This document shows, piece after piece, positions 31,821-40,199 of a stretch of 64,000 nt of DNA. The notes under the pieces are model-generated. The model searched no databases and was not told where the DNA came from. It saw only the letters and a program-made list of their open reading frames with translations. The stretch covers positions 64,956 to 128,955 of the forward strand of contig JACAFG010000003.1 of the NCBI GenBank assembly GCA_019352195.1, read 5' to 3'. Position 1 is the first letter of the stretch, and each line of letters starts with the position of its first letter. The position numbers and the translations under genes are program-made. This stretch comes from Candidatus Saccharimonadota bacterium. GTDB taxonomy: Bacteria > Patescibacteriota > Saccharimonadia > UBA4664.

Positions 31821-32051
31821 GGTTCGCCATCATCAGCTACCCCCTGGACAGCGGAACCAAGCCCATCAGTTTTTCCGTGCTCTACCACCCGAGCGGTATC
31901 GTTGACCTGCTCGCGGTGATCGCCCCGAAGCTCCGGAGCATTCCCGGGCTGGTCCAGATCGCTACCTAGCGCCATACTCAGCTTCCGTCCTCCATCTTGC
32001 CCCGAAAGGAGCGCCAATTTTCGGCGAGCCCTTCGGGGCTTCGTCTTGTTA

Positions 32052-32086
32052 AAACACAAAAACAGCGCTATTGGCGCTGTTTTTGA
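32052..32086. terminator. Bidirectional rho-independent terminator
   Basis: AAAAACAGCGC-tattg-GCGCTGTTTTT. Perfect 8-bp stem with flanking A-tract and T-tract. Confidence 0.65.
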
Positions 32087-32157
32087 AGACTTAATTGCTG
32101 GTGCCCTTAAACGACATCCCTTCGAACAGCTAGTTGATTGGATCGATGTGATCGGAC

Positions 32158-32541
32158 TTAGCTTTGAATCGAATGGGAGTTTAGCCAGTTCGAAATTTCT
32201 TTAACATCGATATGTTTGGTAGCGATTTCGACTGCATAATTTTCAATCTCACCTGCTGTTGCCCGAAATTCAAGCTCGTTAAGTCGAAGTAAGGTTAAAC
32301 CTGCAAGTATGGCCGTACGCTTATTACCATCGACAAATGGATGATCGGCGATAATCCCCCGAATAATGGCAGCAGATTTATCAGTAATATTAGCGTATAG
32401 CTCCTCACCGAAGACGTTTTGGGTTTGCGTAGCAACCGCCGACTCCAGCCTACCAAGGTCGCGCAAACCCGAAGCGCCGCCAGTTTCGGCTAGCACAAGT
32501 GCGTGGATCTCAAGCAAATGCTCGAGCGAAAGCACAATCAT
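32158..32541 (-). CDS. doc: Doc (Fic-family) toxin
   Basis: Fic motif HPFVDGNKRTA. 127 aa. Confidence 0.9.
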   Translation of the reverse strand: MIVLSLEHLLEIHALVLAETGGASGLRDLGRLESAVATQTQNVFGEELYANITDKSAAIIRGIIADHPFVDGNKRTAILAGLTLLRLNELEFRATAGEIENYAVEIATKHIDVKEISNWLNSHSIQS

Positions 32542-32759
32542 CGCTGAGAGAGATTATCAAAATCCTGCTTGTAGTCGTTCAAGATGCCACGAGCAGTAGC
32601 AATGACTTTCTGGTCATCACTGTTAGGAGAGTGGACAGGGCGGACGATTACTTCAACTTCGTCACCAATCGCAATATTCTGACGCTTTAGGTCTTTGGCA
32701 GGAATAGTGACGCCCCCGCTTGAACCGATTTTGATAATTTTTTGGATGCTTTGAATCAT
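32538..32759 (-). CDS. phd: Phd/AbrB-type antitoxin (SpoVT/AbrB swapped-hairpin N-terminus)
   Basis: 73 aa. MIQSIQKIIKIGSSGGVTIPAKDLKRQNI is an AbrB/MazE-like fold signature. Overlaps doc by 4 nt. Confidence 0.8.
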   Translation of the reverse strand: MIQSIQKIIKIGSSGGVTIPAKDLKRQNIAIGDEVEVIVRPVHSPNSDDQKVIATARGILNDYKQDFDNLSQR

Positions 32760-32764
32760 AGAAA

Positions 32765-32794
32765 TATTATAACGTTGTTATAATACTATGTCTA
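32765..32794 (-). promoter_or_regulatory. phd-doc promoter/operator: inverted repeat TATTATAAC-GTT-GTTATAATA overlapping -10 TATAAT; -35 TAGACA
   Basis: Inverted repeat at 32765-32785. The -10 sits 7 nt from the ATG, which implies a leaderless or very short-leader mRNA. Confidence 0.45.
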
Positions 32795-32968
32795 GACCTA
32801 TTTAGTGTGATCTGGATGAGACACATTCAATCAAAGACTATATAAGCCCTCCGTGGAGGTCTTATATTAGAATAATTGTTATTCAATTGTCTTAAATGAT
32901 GCTCTTGAACGACACCTGTTCAAACCCTTAGTTGCGTGGCTCGACCGAATAAGGATCTACTGGGTGAA

Positions 32969-33307
32969 TTAGCCGCTTACTAAACTTTCAATTAGTCCTT
33001 GCGTTTTAGATATGACATTATCGCTGGCCCTCTCCTCATACGCTGGTTTTCGAGCTCGCCAATCAACATTTTTGATCTGATCGGCAAGAACAGCTCCCTC
33101 CATTTTTTTGGACTTGACGCGGACTTCGAATGGATAGCCTTTGATCTTAGACGTTATCGGGCAGGCCAACATCATACCTGAGCGTTCGTTGTAATTTCGC
33201 GACGAAATCACCAGTGCAGGACGCGTGCCAGCCTGTTCGTGGCCAATCTGGGGGCTAAAATCAAACCACACAATGTCCCCGCGGGCGGGGACGTAGTCCG
33301 CTACCAT
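32969..33307 (-). CDS. mazF: MazF/PemK-family endoribonuclease toxin
   Basis: 112 aa. Start MVADYVPARGDIVWFDF...PALVIS matches the PemK/MazF N-terminal signature. Confidence 0.85.
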   Translation of the reverse strand: MVADYVPARGDIVWFDFSPQIGHEQAGTRPALVISSRNYNERSGMMLACPITSKIKGYPFEVRVKSKKMEGAVLADQIKNVDWRARKPAYEERASDNVISKTQGLIESLVSG

Positions 33308-33549
33308 ATTTCATTCCCGACAGGAGCGCCCCAGTCCATTTCGCCGTGAATGTTTTCAGGGGTGATGCCCTTCACTAAGTCGTCCAATGATAACCTGGGC
33401 TGCTCGTCGCGTTTGATGGTAGCCGTCGTGCCGTCGCTGGTAATTTCGACCTGACAATCACTGGATAGGCCGAGATCCCGCGCTACACGTGAGGGAATAC
33501 GGATAGCCAGACTATTGCCCCACATTTTGACTTGGGTGGTAGTTTTCAT
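33301..33549 (-). CDS. mazE: MazE/PemI-type antitoxin
   Basis: 82 aa. WGNSLAIRIPSRVARDLGL is a SpoVT/AbrB MazE hallmark. Overlaps mazF by 7 nt. Confidence 0.8.
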   Translation of the reverse strand: MKTTTQVKMWGNSLAIRIPSRVARDLGLSSDCQVEITSDGTTATIKRDEQPRLSLDDLVKGITPENIHGEMDWGAPVGNEIW

Positions 33550-33573
33550 TGTTCGGCCCCATTAATGCTTAAA

Positions 33574-33595
33574 TTGTATATCTATGTATATACAA
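33574..33595. promoter_or_regulatory. Operator-like palindrome TTGTATAT-ctatgt-ATATACAA upstream of mazE
   Basis: 8-bp perfect arms, about 25 nt upstream of the mazE start. Confidence 0.4.
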
Positions 33596-33644
33596 TGTCA
33601 ATGCAAAAATGTGGAAAACGTAGTTGATTGGCAGAATATCGAAT

Positions 33645-33680
33645 ATCAAAATAAGCGCTTGGTTAAGCGCTTATTTTGAT
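33645..33680. terminator. Perfect 16-bp-stem hairpin ATCAAAATAAGCGCTT-ggtt-AAGCGCTTATTTTGAT
   Basis: Read directly. A/T-rich ends make it a plausible bidirectional terminator/insulator. Confidence 0.5.
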
Positions 33681-33840
33681 AATTTAATTTTCTAAATTGG
33701 TGCAGCTGAAGATAAAAGTTTTGAACCACATCTTACAGATATGGCTGACTGGTTTATAGATAATCCGGCGACTGATTGGCGGCAACGTTTAAGGGAGGCT
33801 GCCAAAGCGTCGCGTGATATTACATATTCCTACTAAACCA

Positions 33841-33868
33841 CTGGGGCTGTGGTCGGATTTTCGAACCT
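33841..33868. repeat. Direct repeat copy 1 (CTGGGGCTGTGGTCGGATTT + TCGAACCT)
   Basis: 20/20 identical to 34501-34520, with 6 of the next 7-8 positions conserved. Flanks the PD-(D/E)xK gene. Confidence 0.6.
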
Positions 33869-33920
33869 TTGCAGCTCCTCTAGAACGTACAAGTCTAATG
33901 AGGGGAAGAGCCTTGTTAAC

Positions 33921-34466
33921 CTAAGGTGCGTCAGGAAATATATCTTCACTATTGGGCGTAGTGGACGTACTTCGAACTTTTGACGTTGCAGTTTGGTTAA
34001 CTCTTGGTTCAAAATCTTTCAAAATCTGTAGGTATTCTAATTGAAGGGCATCCGGTATTTCTGCGAGCGGCGAAATGTTACCATTTTCAAGTATTATCTT
34101 GGTTATCTCGTCAAAATAAAATCCATCGAGAGTCGCAATAAATAAATATGATGGGTTCCACGAGGCATTCATCTTATTTGCCCGAGCTAGAACGTCGTTT
34201 GTATCTAGCCTCCAACGGTATTTAACCTCGATGAGTCGCACTTCTTTTGTATCTAGATTAATTACTGCAAAGTCGGGCGCAACACGGAGACTTTCAATAA
34301 TGGGGTTGTCATGGTTATAGTATTGACCTACCAATTGGGGGACTACCTTTTCGTACCCAAACTCAATTACAGTGTACCTACCGTTATGGCGAAACATTTG
34401 TGCGAATATTGTTTCAGCTATTCTGCCCTTAACGAGGTTCCTGGTGAAATCTATGTTTTCGCTCAT
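33921..34466 (-). CDS. PD-(D/E)xK nuclease-fold protein (restriction endonuclease-like)
   Basis: Motif ...APDFAVINLDTKEVRLIEVKYR (PD...E-V-K). 181 aa. Confidence 0.6.
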   Translation of the reverse strand: MSENIDFTRNLVKGRIAETIFAQMFRHNGRYTVIEFGYEKVVPQLVGQYYNHDNPIIESLRVAPDFAVINLDTKEVRLIEVKYRWRLDTNDVLARANKMNASWNPSYLFIATLDGFYFDEITKIILENGNISPLAEIPDALQLEYLQILKDFEPRVNQTATSKVRSTSTTPNSEDIFPDAP

Positions 34467-34500
34467 AGCTAAAATTCTAACACGTAGCGTTCATGTTTGG

Positions 34501-34527
34501 CTGGGGCTGTGGTCGGATTTCCGACCT
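34501..34527. repeat. Direct repeat copy 2 (CTGGGGCTGTGGTCGGATTT + CCGACCT); contains hairpin GGTCGG-attt-CCGACC
   Basis: Exactly 660 bp from copy 1. Confidence 0.6.
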
Positions 34528-34572
34528 ATTGAAGCTGTACCAGATTCTCCGTCGGCCAAGAGGGTGGCAACC

Positions 34573-34977
34573 TTATTGTCTCGCTAATTGTTGCTTATCG
34601 AGTTCGGTTTCAATAAATCCCCTATACGGCGGAATGTTGCAGGTTGTAATAATATTCTTTATTTGAAGCGTCGTGAACGGTCGTCCGCCTTGATATTTAT
34701 AGTTAATTAGCTCGATGGTCGGGAATGAAAATCGCGCATCAAGCTCCCGCCCCTCGTGCTGAATATGAAAGTGGCTTCCGTGGTCGTTCGAGTGAACAAC
34801 TATCTTGATTCCATTTCCGAATCTTTTTGAGGCTTCTTTGTTGATTACATTGCCAGTTGGCAGCTCGCGTGTCGTCTCAATCGCATTATTCAAGTGGTCT
34901 AGAAATAATGCCTCAATGTCGAGCTTTGATTGTTCGGGCATATTGCCTCCAATTGTTACAAATCTAGCTCTGGCCAC
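34573..34977 (-). CDS. Hypothetical protein, DUF4160-like (HxxHFH motif)
   Basis: HSNDHGSHFHIQ motif. The likely start is the ATG at 34941 (SD GGAGG), giving 122 aa. Last gene of the XRE-led operon. Confidence 0.5.
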   Translation of the reverse strand: MARARFVTIGGNMPEQSKLDIEALFLDHLNNAIETTRELPTGNVINKEASKRFGNGIKIVVHSNDHGSHFHIQHEGRELDARFSFPTIELINYKYQGGRPFTTLQIKNIITTCNIPPYRGFIETELDKQQLARQ

Positions 34978-35753
34978 AGATGCTTAACGTCGCGCTTATA
35001 TTGGTCGATAGCTATTCTTGTTTTTTGCATTTGTGCAGATGCAGAGAGCTTAACAGATAGTAGCTCGCTTGTTGTGCTTACTTGCGCATAAGCCTTATGA
35101 AATAGAAGTTGTGCTTCTATCAAAATACCTAAAGTGCCAGCAGTCATCTGATGGTTGGGTTGATTAAAGATGTTTAGCGTAACGCCCGTGTCCGTGCTAC
35201 TGAAATTACCTCGTAAAAACCCTGCGCTCTGATGCGAACCATATTCATTCAGCCCATCTTTTAGCCGCTTAATTTCGTCGCTCAAGTCAGCATCATATTC
35301 ATTAAGAATCTTCACGGCCATTTCTTTTAGCTTTTCATCGTTTTTATTAGTTTTCCGGCTCTTGTCGTTAAATAACGCATACATGGGCGCTGGTGAGCAG
35401 AGGATGCTTAAGGATATAGTAAAATTCTCCACCGCAAATCGAAGCTGAGATAGTGCCTGTGCGTAGTGCTTCCTCATTACGGATGTAATAACCAAGTATC
35501 CAGCCTCATCAGCTTGAGCCTTGTAGGCTATGCTTAGTTGAGCCATAGCCTTTAGATTCTCGAAATAATTGGGAGTGAAGATGGATTGCCACGCTTCGAT
35601 AGACAAATCAAGTATTGGCTTTTCGTGCTTGTAACTTTCGGAAAGCAATCCATGCTCATTATCAATAAGTTGGCGAAAATCTTTATCCATGTGACTGCTC
35701 TCCACTCCCAAGAAGCATTGGGGGGTGCAACTCAGGGTATATTGCGTAAACAT
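34956..35753 (-). CDS. Hypothetical protein (~244-265 aa)
   Basis: Tightly packed between neighbours. The likely start is the internal Met (MDKDF...) at 35690. No motif recognised. Confidence 0.5.
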   Translation of the reverse strand: MFTQYTLSCTPQCFLGVESSHMDKDFRQLIDNEHGLLSESYKHEKPILDLSIEAWQSIFTPNYFENLKAMAQLSIAYKAQADEAGYLVITSVMRKHYAQALSQLRFAVENFTISLSILCSPAPMYALFNDKSRKTNKNDEKLKEMAVKILNEYDADLSDEIKRLKDGLNEYGSHQSAGFLRGNFSSTDTGVTLNIFNQPNHQMTAGTLGILIEAQLLFHKAYAQVSTTSELLSVKLSASAQMQKTRIAIDQYKRDVKHLWPELDL

Positions 35754-37140
35754 CGTGCAGAATCCATTTCGTCAGCCTTGTCGCATCGAGTAATACATCA
35801 GCGTATGACCGCTCCCCCTCGACATTGGGTAGCAGGTGGAACCGATGCAAAGGGTTTGTGCAGACCATGAACACCTCTCTTCGAATCGCGCCCCATTGGC
35901 CGTGGGTGTAGTGTGACGGCCAGTCATAAAATGTATCGTAAATATCTTTCTCGTCGGCCTTTATCGCTCTATCGCGTAAGTTTGCGTCTTCCCAGTCCCC
36001 TAAGTTGATGCTATTAAATTCCATCCATCTGTCCTCATTGGCTTGCAGAAAAATATCGTCAATATCGACGAAAGTGAATTGTACGCCCGTATTCATCAGT
36101 TTTAGTAAAACTTTCTTTGCCTCGCCGGTTCCGTGGTTTCTGAATGATGCCCAGACTTCCTCTGGTGCGGAACGTAAATATGAGATATTGATGCTCACCT
36201 CAGTTAAGGTACGCAGCGCAAGACGGCCGAGAATGCCGGTGCGCGAGGCTTCATTATCGAGCAATTCATCCAGAATTTTAACCGCAAATAAGCCGGTTCC
36301 TACCGCAATATCAAGTTTTATGTCTTTCTTGTAGCTGCCAATGATATTACGTAGGAGAAACAGCTTTCGTCGTTCATGGCGGATGAAATCAGCCGTATCC
36401 TGAGTAGTGAAGCGTTCTTCATGAGGCGCTCCATAGTCATTTACAAAGCATTCTGTTGATTCAAAGCATCCCTCCCAAAAACTATCAGCCCAGTCGGAAT
36501 GTTGTACCCCCATATCGAACGCTATTTCCATAGAACGAATTGAGGGGCGGGTTTTACGCATATCCGCCACATCTGGATAGTCCAGAATGTCGTAGGGTGT
36601 TGAGCTGCGATGAATGAACGTTATTTTGTTGCTAATCATACCTATGTAGCACTTCGCCCATCGGCAGTCCGTTGCCTCTTGGGATTGATGGTCTAGTGTC
36701 TTGTGAATAGTTAGGCCAAGAGCCTCTCCGTCTGCCTGGTAATCGGGTTCTTCGTTAATGGCGGCTTTCCAGAGGTTATATTGAGGTAAATCTTCGAATA
36801 ATAATAACGGGCGTAGTGCGATGCGATGCTCGCGCGTAGAGCAAATGAAGTTGATTATACGTTCTGCCTTATCGTGCTCAATAGAGCCGAGATTTGTTAG
36901 CTCGATTGAGTTAATTCCCTGATACTCAAATTCATTGAGAATCGGTTTCAATACGTCCGTAAACGTTTGAAGCGCGTAAATGTTTCGTAGTAACGCCACC
37001 CATAAGACTTCGGGCAACGCCCTATCAAACCATGAGCGGTTGGTGAACGGGATTTCCGCGAATGAGCCAACAAGTTTATTTCGCTTCTTTTTTTGCTTGT
37101 TGAGCGGCGTAAAATTCAGATGCTTATAGCGGTCATTCAT
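35683..37140 (-). CDS. Hypothetical 485-aa protein with a Rossmann/MTase motif-I-like segment (KLDIAVGTGLFAV) but no motif IV
   Basis: Begins 10 nt after the XRE stop. No other family signal. Confidence 0.55.
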   Translation of the reverse strand: MNDRYKHLNFTPLNKQKKKRNKLVGSFAEIPFTNRSWFDRALPEVLWVALLRNIYALQTFTDVLKPILNEFEYQGINSIELTNLGSIEHDKAERIINFICSTREHRIALRPLLLFEDLPQYNLWKAAINEEPDYQADGEALGLTIHKTLDHQSQEATDCRWAKCYIGMISNKITFIHRSSTPYDILDYPDVADMRKTRPSIRSMEIAFDMGVQHSDWADSFWEGCFESTECFVNDYGAPHEERFTTQDTADFIRHERRKLFLLRNIIGSYKKDIKLDIAVGTGLFAVKILDELLDNEASRTGILGRLALRTLTEVSINISYLRSAPEEVWASFRNHGTGEAKKVLLKLMNTGVQFTFVDIDDIFLQANEDRWMEFNSINLGDWEDANLRDRAIKADEKDIYDTFYDWPSHYTHGQWGAIRREVFMVCTNPLHRFHLLPNVEGERSYADVLLDATRLTKWILHDVYAIYPELHPPMLLGSGEQSHG

Positions 37141-37149
37141 TTGTACATT

Positions 37150-37449
37150 TTACCCCTTAATGCGATACGGTGAGGCATGGGATGATTTTAGTGATACCAG
37201 CTCTGCAATCGGCACTCGCAGCTTTTGGCAAAGTGCCAAAACCTCGCGCAGCGTAATCTCTGGGTTCTCTCCCCTTTCAATTGCGTATAGCTTCTCAACT
37301 GATATGAATAAGCGCCTGGCAAGCTCCGCAGGTTCCCATTTTTGCTCAATTCTGGCGCGTTTGACCCTGCGCCCCAAATCAACTATCTCTGGATAATATG
37401 CCATTTCGGTTCCCCCTAATCCGCAGAGTATACCGAACATAGACCGCAC
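37150..37449 (-). CDS. XRE-family HTH transcriptional regulator
   Basis: HTH ...AELARRLFISVEKLYAIERGENPEITLREVLALCQKL. The likely start is MAYYPE at 37404 (SD AGGGGGAA). Confidence 0.75.
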   Translation of the reverse strand: MRSMFGILCGLGGTEMAYYPEIVDLGRRVKRARIEQKWEPAELARRLFISVEKLYAIERGENPEITLREVLALCQKLRVPIAELVSLKSSHASPYRIKG

Positions 37450-37532
37450 GAGTAAATAGAGATTTCGAGCGGCGGATGTCCGCCCGTAGGTTTAAACGGG
37501 TATAATGTCTTGATAACGAATGACGAATGTAA

Positions 37533-38417
37533 ATGGCGACCAAGTTTAAGACATTGAAGCTGTACGGCGACGTACTGCTAGACCCTGAGGATAGCGCCTC
37601 TCTCGAAAAGCTGCTTGCCTGGGGTTTTGTGGCCGACGGTGATTCGCTGATTCTCCCTGACGACCTGGCGGGAGCTTATTTAAACGGCGCTGGAACCAAA
37701 TTGCCACTCAATCTCAAGCACTGGCCACAGCGGCAAAAGCGTGGCTTCGAGGATGAATCAGGGCAGCCACAGGACTTTATCTTGCTTACCTACCCAGAAT
37801 CAATTGGCATACTTGAGAACGGGCATGACCTCGAATACTCACCGCGATATTATTCACACTACCCGCTTGAGGCTAGCGATAGAGTCTATCAAGCCGTGGC
37901 CGATGCCAAAATCGACACCCTAAGCGAATGGATTAACTTCCCTTTCAAACTAGACTATGTGCTTGAAAGGCCGTCCGAAGAGCATTTTGTATATGAGGCT
38001 GGAATTGTTCAGCACTTCAAGAACCAGCAGCGCCAGCTTATTAAGGATTTAGCATTCTTAGCCTCTGATGATGGTGACTACGAAATGAAACGGGCGCTCG
38101 TTAATCAACGAAAAAATGCTATCCGTCATACAGACCCTGATAGTCACGTTACGGGGAGAGATGAGCGCGGTAGGCCAGACGAGGAAGAATTATACGTTGC
38201 TGATTGGCGAGGAGTGCTTTTCTACGAGCTTGATTTACTTATCGCGAAAGTGAGCCGTATATCTGTCTGTCAGACCTGTAGGGGGCGCATCGACTTAAAG
38301 CCAAATGAGTGGAGAACTCAGCACACAAAAGATGAAAGCCCATCGTGCTTTAAAGCTTATGATGCGCAAAAGGCGCGAACCTATCGCAAAAATAAATCCC
38401 GAAAAACCATCACCTAA
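37533..38417 (+). CDS. Hypothetical protein (294 aa), C-terminal CxxC (CQTCRGR)
   Basis: Divergent from the XRE gene. TATAAT at 37502-37507 lies upstream. Confidence 0.5.
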   Translation: MATKFKTLKLYGDVLLDPEDSASLEKLLAWGFVADGDSLILPDDLAGAYLNGAGTKLPLNLKHWPQRQKRGFEDESGQPQDFILLTYPESIGILENGHDLEYSPRYYSHYPLEASDRVYQAVADAKIDTLSEWINFPFKLDYVLERPSEEHFVYEAGIVQHFKNQQRQLIKDLAFLASDDGDYEMKRALVNQRKNAIRHTDPDSHVTGRDERGRPDEEELYVADWRGVLFYELDLLIAKVSRISVCQTCRGRIDLKPNEWRTQHTKDESPSCFKAYDAQKARTYRKNKSRKTIT

Positions 38418-38597
38418 ACCGTCACGAAAACCATAGCGTACCTCTAGAAAGCTACGATTATGGTATGGGTATTCAGTCAACCAAATTCGCTACTGGATTA
38501 ACGCCGCTTCGCAAACGGTGTACTTTTGTTTGCCCTCCTTAAGGCTAAAACAACCCACACATTTACCCCACTTCAACATAAACCATAGGAGAATGCC

Positions 38598-39791
38598 ATG
38601 CTAGATATGGTAAGAGTAACACTATTTAGATTTACTTTAAACGACCCAAGCTTATTCACGGATAAGCACGGGAACCACCCAGAGTATATTGATACGCTTA
38701 AATCTGACAGTACAAACTCCAAAGCACGTTTTGGTGTTTATCGGTTCTATAAACTGAATCCCAGCATGGTAAATACTGCCAACGGGTACACCCCACATAT
38801 AACAATACGAATCTGCTCGAACCGTAGGAACCCATATTGGCTAACCGTCCATTGGTCGCCGAATAAGGCTGTATATGGACACAACTACTATGAAGCCAGC
38901 TCAGGCCAATTTGAAGAAATGATTGCAGCAACTATCGAAATGCTCAAGGACTGCGGCATTACGGTTCATCCCATCGACTTGAAGACCTGTCAAAAGATTG
39001 GTCGCCTCGATTACGGCCGTAACGTTTTGCTCACTAATATGTCCGCCAACACATTCATTAGAAATCTAATCTATTTCGAAAAGAATACGCGCTATAAGAA
39101 AGATGGGGAAATTTACGAGAAAGAGTTGACCGGCTCGTATATAGCTTTCTTTAATAAATCTCAGTACCTCATCTTTTACAATAAACCGGCTGAAATACTT
39201 CGCGTTCTTGAGAAGCCCGAAAAGTCGGATACGTCGCACTATCGTTTCGCATTGCAGCTCCGCGAGCATATTCGTAGTCAGCCGCTAGAGGTCATTCGGG
39301 TTGAGCATCGCTTACTCAATCAGACAGCAATAAAACGCGAACTAGAGCCATTAGTAGGCCATGTGTATCCGTTTACGCTTAAAGAGGTCTTTAGTCGGGG
39401 TTTTAGTGAGGCGATATTGCGCAAGCATATTACTCAGGTGACGGGCAAAGGAAGCATCCAGACGTTCGCCTTAGGAGAACTCGATACTACTATTGCTCAA
39501 CAGATGCTAGAAGATGCCTGTAAAGAGATTGGCATGAGAAAGCTCAAGCAGGTATGGCGGGATTATGCCGCAACTTTCCGTATCTCAGGAGAAAAGGCTG
39601 CGTTAAGCTTGATTCTAGAAGCATTGCCCAAGACAACCGCCGAACGTGGCCTCAAACGGTGGGAGGCTTTAATGAATGTACTTACGCTTAATCATGCGCT
39701 GATTCGTGCGAACTCGGAGATTCTATTAGATATAAGCCTACCCTATTCGAGCCTAAAGCTACTGAAACCTATAGAGACTCCCGTGCATTAG
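38598..39791 (+). CDS. Hypothetical protein (397 aa); possibly a replication-initiator-like protein of the integrative element
   Basis: Position (upstream of xis-int) and size only. No firm motif. Confidence 0.45.
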   Translation: MLDMVRVTLFRFTLNDPSLFTDKHGNHPEYIDTLKSDSTNSKARFGVYRFYKLNPSMVNTANGYTPHITIRICSNRRNPYWLTVHWSPNKAVYGHNYYEASSGQFEEMIAATIEMLKDCGITVHPIDLKTCQKIGRLDYGRNVLLTNMSANTFIRNLIYFEKNTRYKKDGEIYEKELTGSYIAFFNKSQYLIFYNKPAEILRVLEKPEKSDTSHYRFALQLREHIRSQPLEVIRVEHRLLNQTAIKRELEPLVGHVYPFTLKEVFSRGFSEAILRKHITQVTGKGSIQTFALGELDTTIAQQMLEDACKEIGMRKLKQVWRDYAATFRISGEKAALSLILEALPKTTAERGLKRWEALMNVLTLNHALIRANSEILLDISLPYSSLKLLKPIETPVH

Positions 39792-39909
39792 AGCCTGAAA
39801 AAAACTACGGTTCGTCTAATGATTCAGGATTACGGCAAGGAGTCACAATATTATAAGCGTAAGCCCTTATCAACCCATTTAAATAACTATTTAACTGCAA
39901 ATAACACCA

Positions 39910-39980
39910 CTATAAACTGACCTATTTACATATAGACCACAATAAACTATCATAAACACACATAAACTCACTAAAACTAT
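39910..39980. repeat. Helically phased ATAAAC repeats upstream of xis-int (39912, 39942, 39952, 39962; variant TAAAAC at 39972)
   Basis: Exact 10-bp periodicity for four consecutive copies. Typical of integrase arm-type/Xis binding sites or iterons. Confidence 0.45.
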
Positions 39981-39989
39981 AAAGGTTTT

Positions 39990-40199
39990 GTGACGGGAGA
40001 AATGATAGTGAACCAGCAGTATTTAACAATCGAAGAAGTGGCAGAAATGCTGCGTGTTAAAAGCACTACGGTGACTGCCTGGTGTAGGGCAGGAAAGCTG
40101 ACGGCATTCAAGCAGCCTGGGGGGAAACGCTGGCTAGTCAACGCTAAAGAACTCAGTGCCATGCAAAAGCAGCAGACAAAGAGCCACGGCAATGCTTAA
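39990..40199 (+). CDS. xis: Excisionase/MerR-like HTH DNA-binding protein
   Basis: LTIEEVAEMLRVKSTTVTAWCRAGKL is an excisionase-family HTH. GTG start after AAAGG. Confidence 0.7.
   Translation: MTGEMIVNQQYLTIEEVAEMLRVKSTTVTAWCRAGKLTAFKQPGGKRWLVNAKELSAMQKQQTKSHGNA

Noticed and set aside
31631-32059. 142-aa minus-strand ORF and 31667..31969 + ORF
   Set aside because: Mutually overlapping frames in a GC-rich patch. Neither has a convincing SD (the GTG at 31667 has an SD only 3 nt away), so the region is left unresolved.
33841-34527. CRISPR array or tRNA-derived att sites for the 27-bp repeats
   Set aside because: Only two copies 660 bp apart flanking a gene (not a repeat-spacer array). They do not match the tRNA-Leu, Asp or Arg 3' ends in this window and do not fold as a tRNA T-arm/acceptor.
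35683-37140. Calling the 485-aa protein a DNA methyltransferase
   Set aside because: Only a motif-I-like D-I-A-V-G-T-G-L-F segment is present. No (D/N)PP(Y/F) motif IV in either order.
38598-39791. Confident call of the 397-aa protein as an HUH rolling-circle replication initiator
   Set aside because: No clear H-hydrophobic-H or catalytic-Tyr motif could be identified by eye. Kept only as a positional suggestion.
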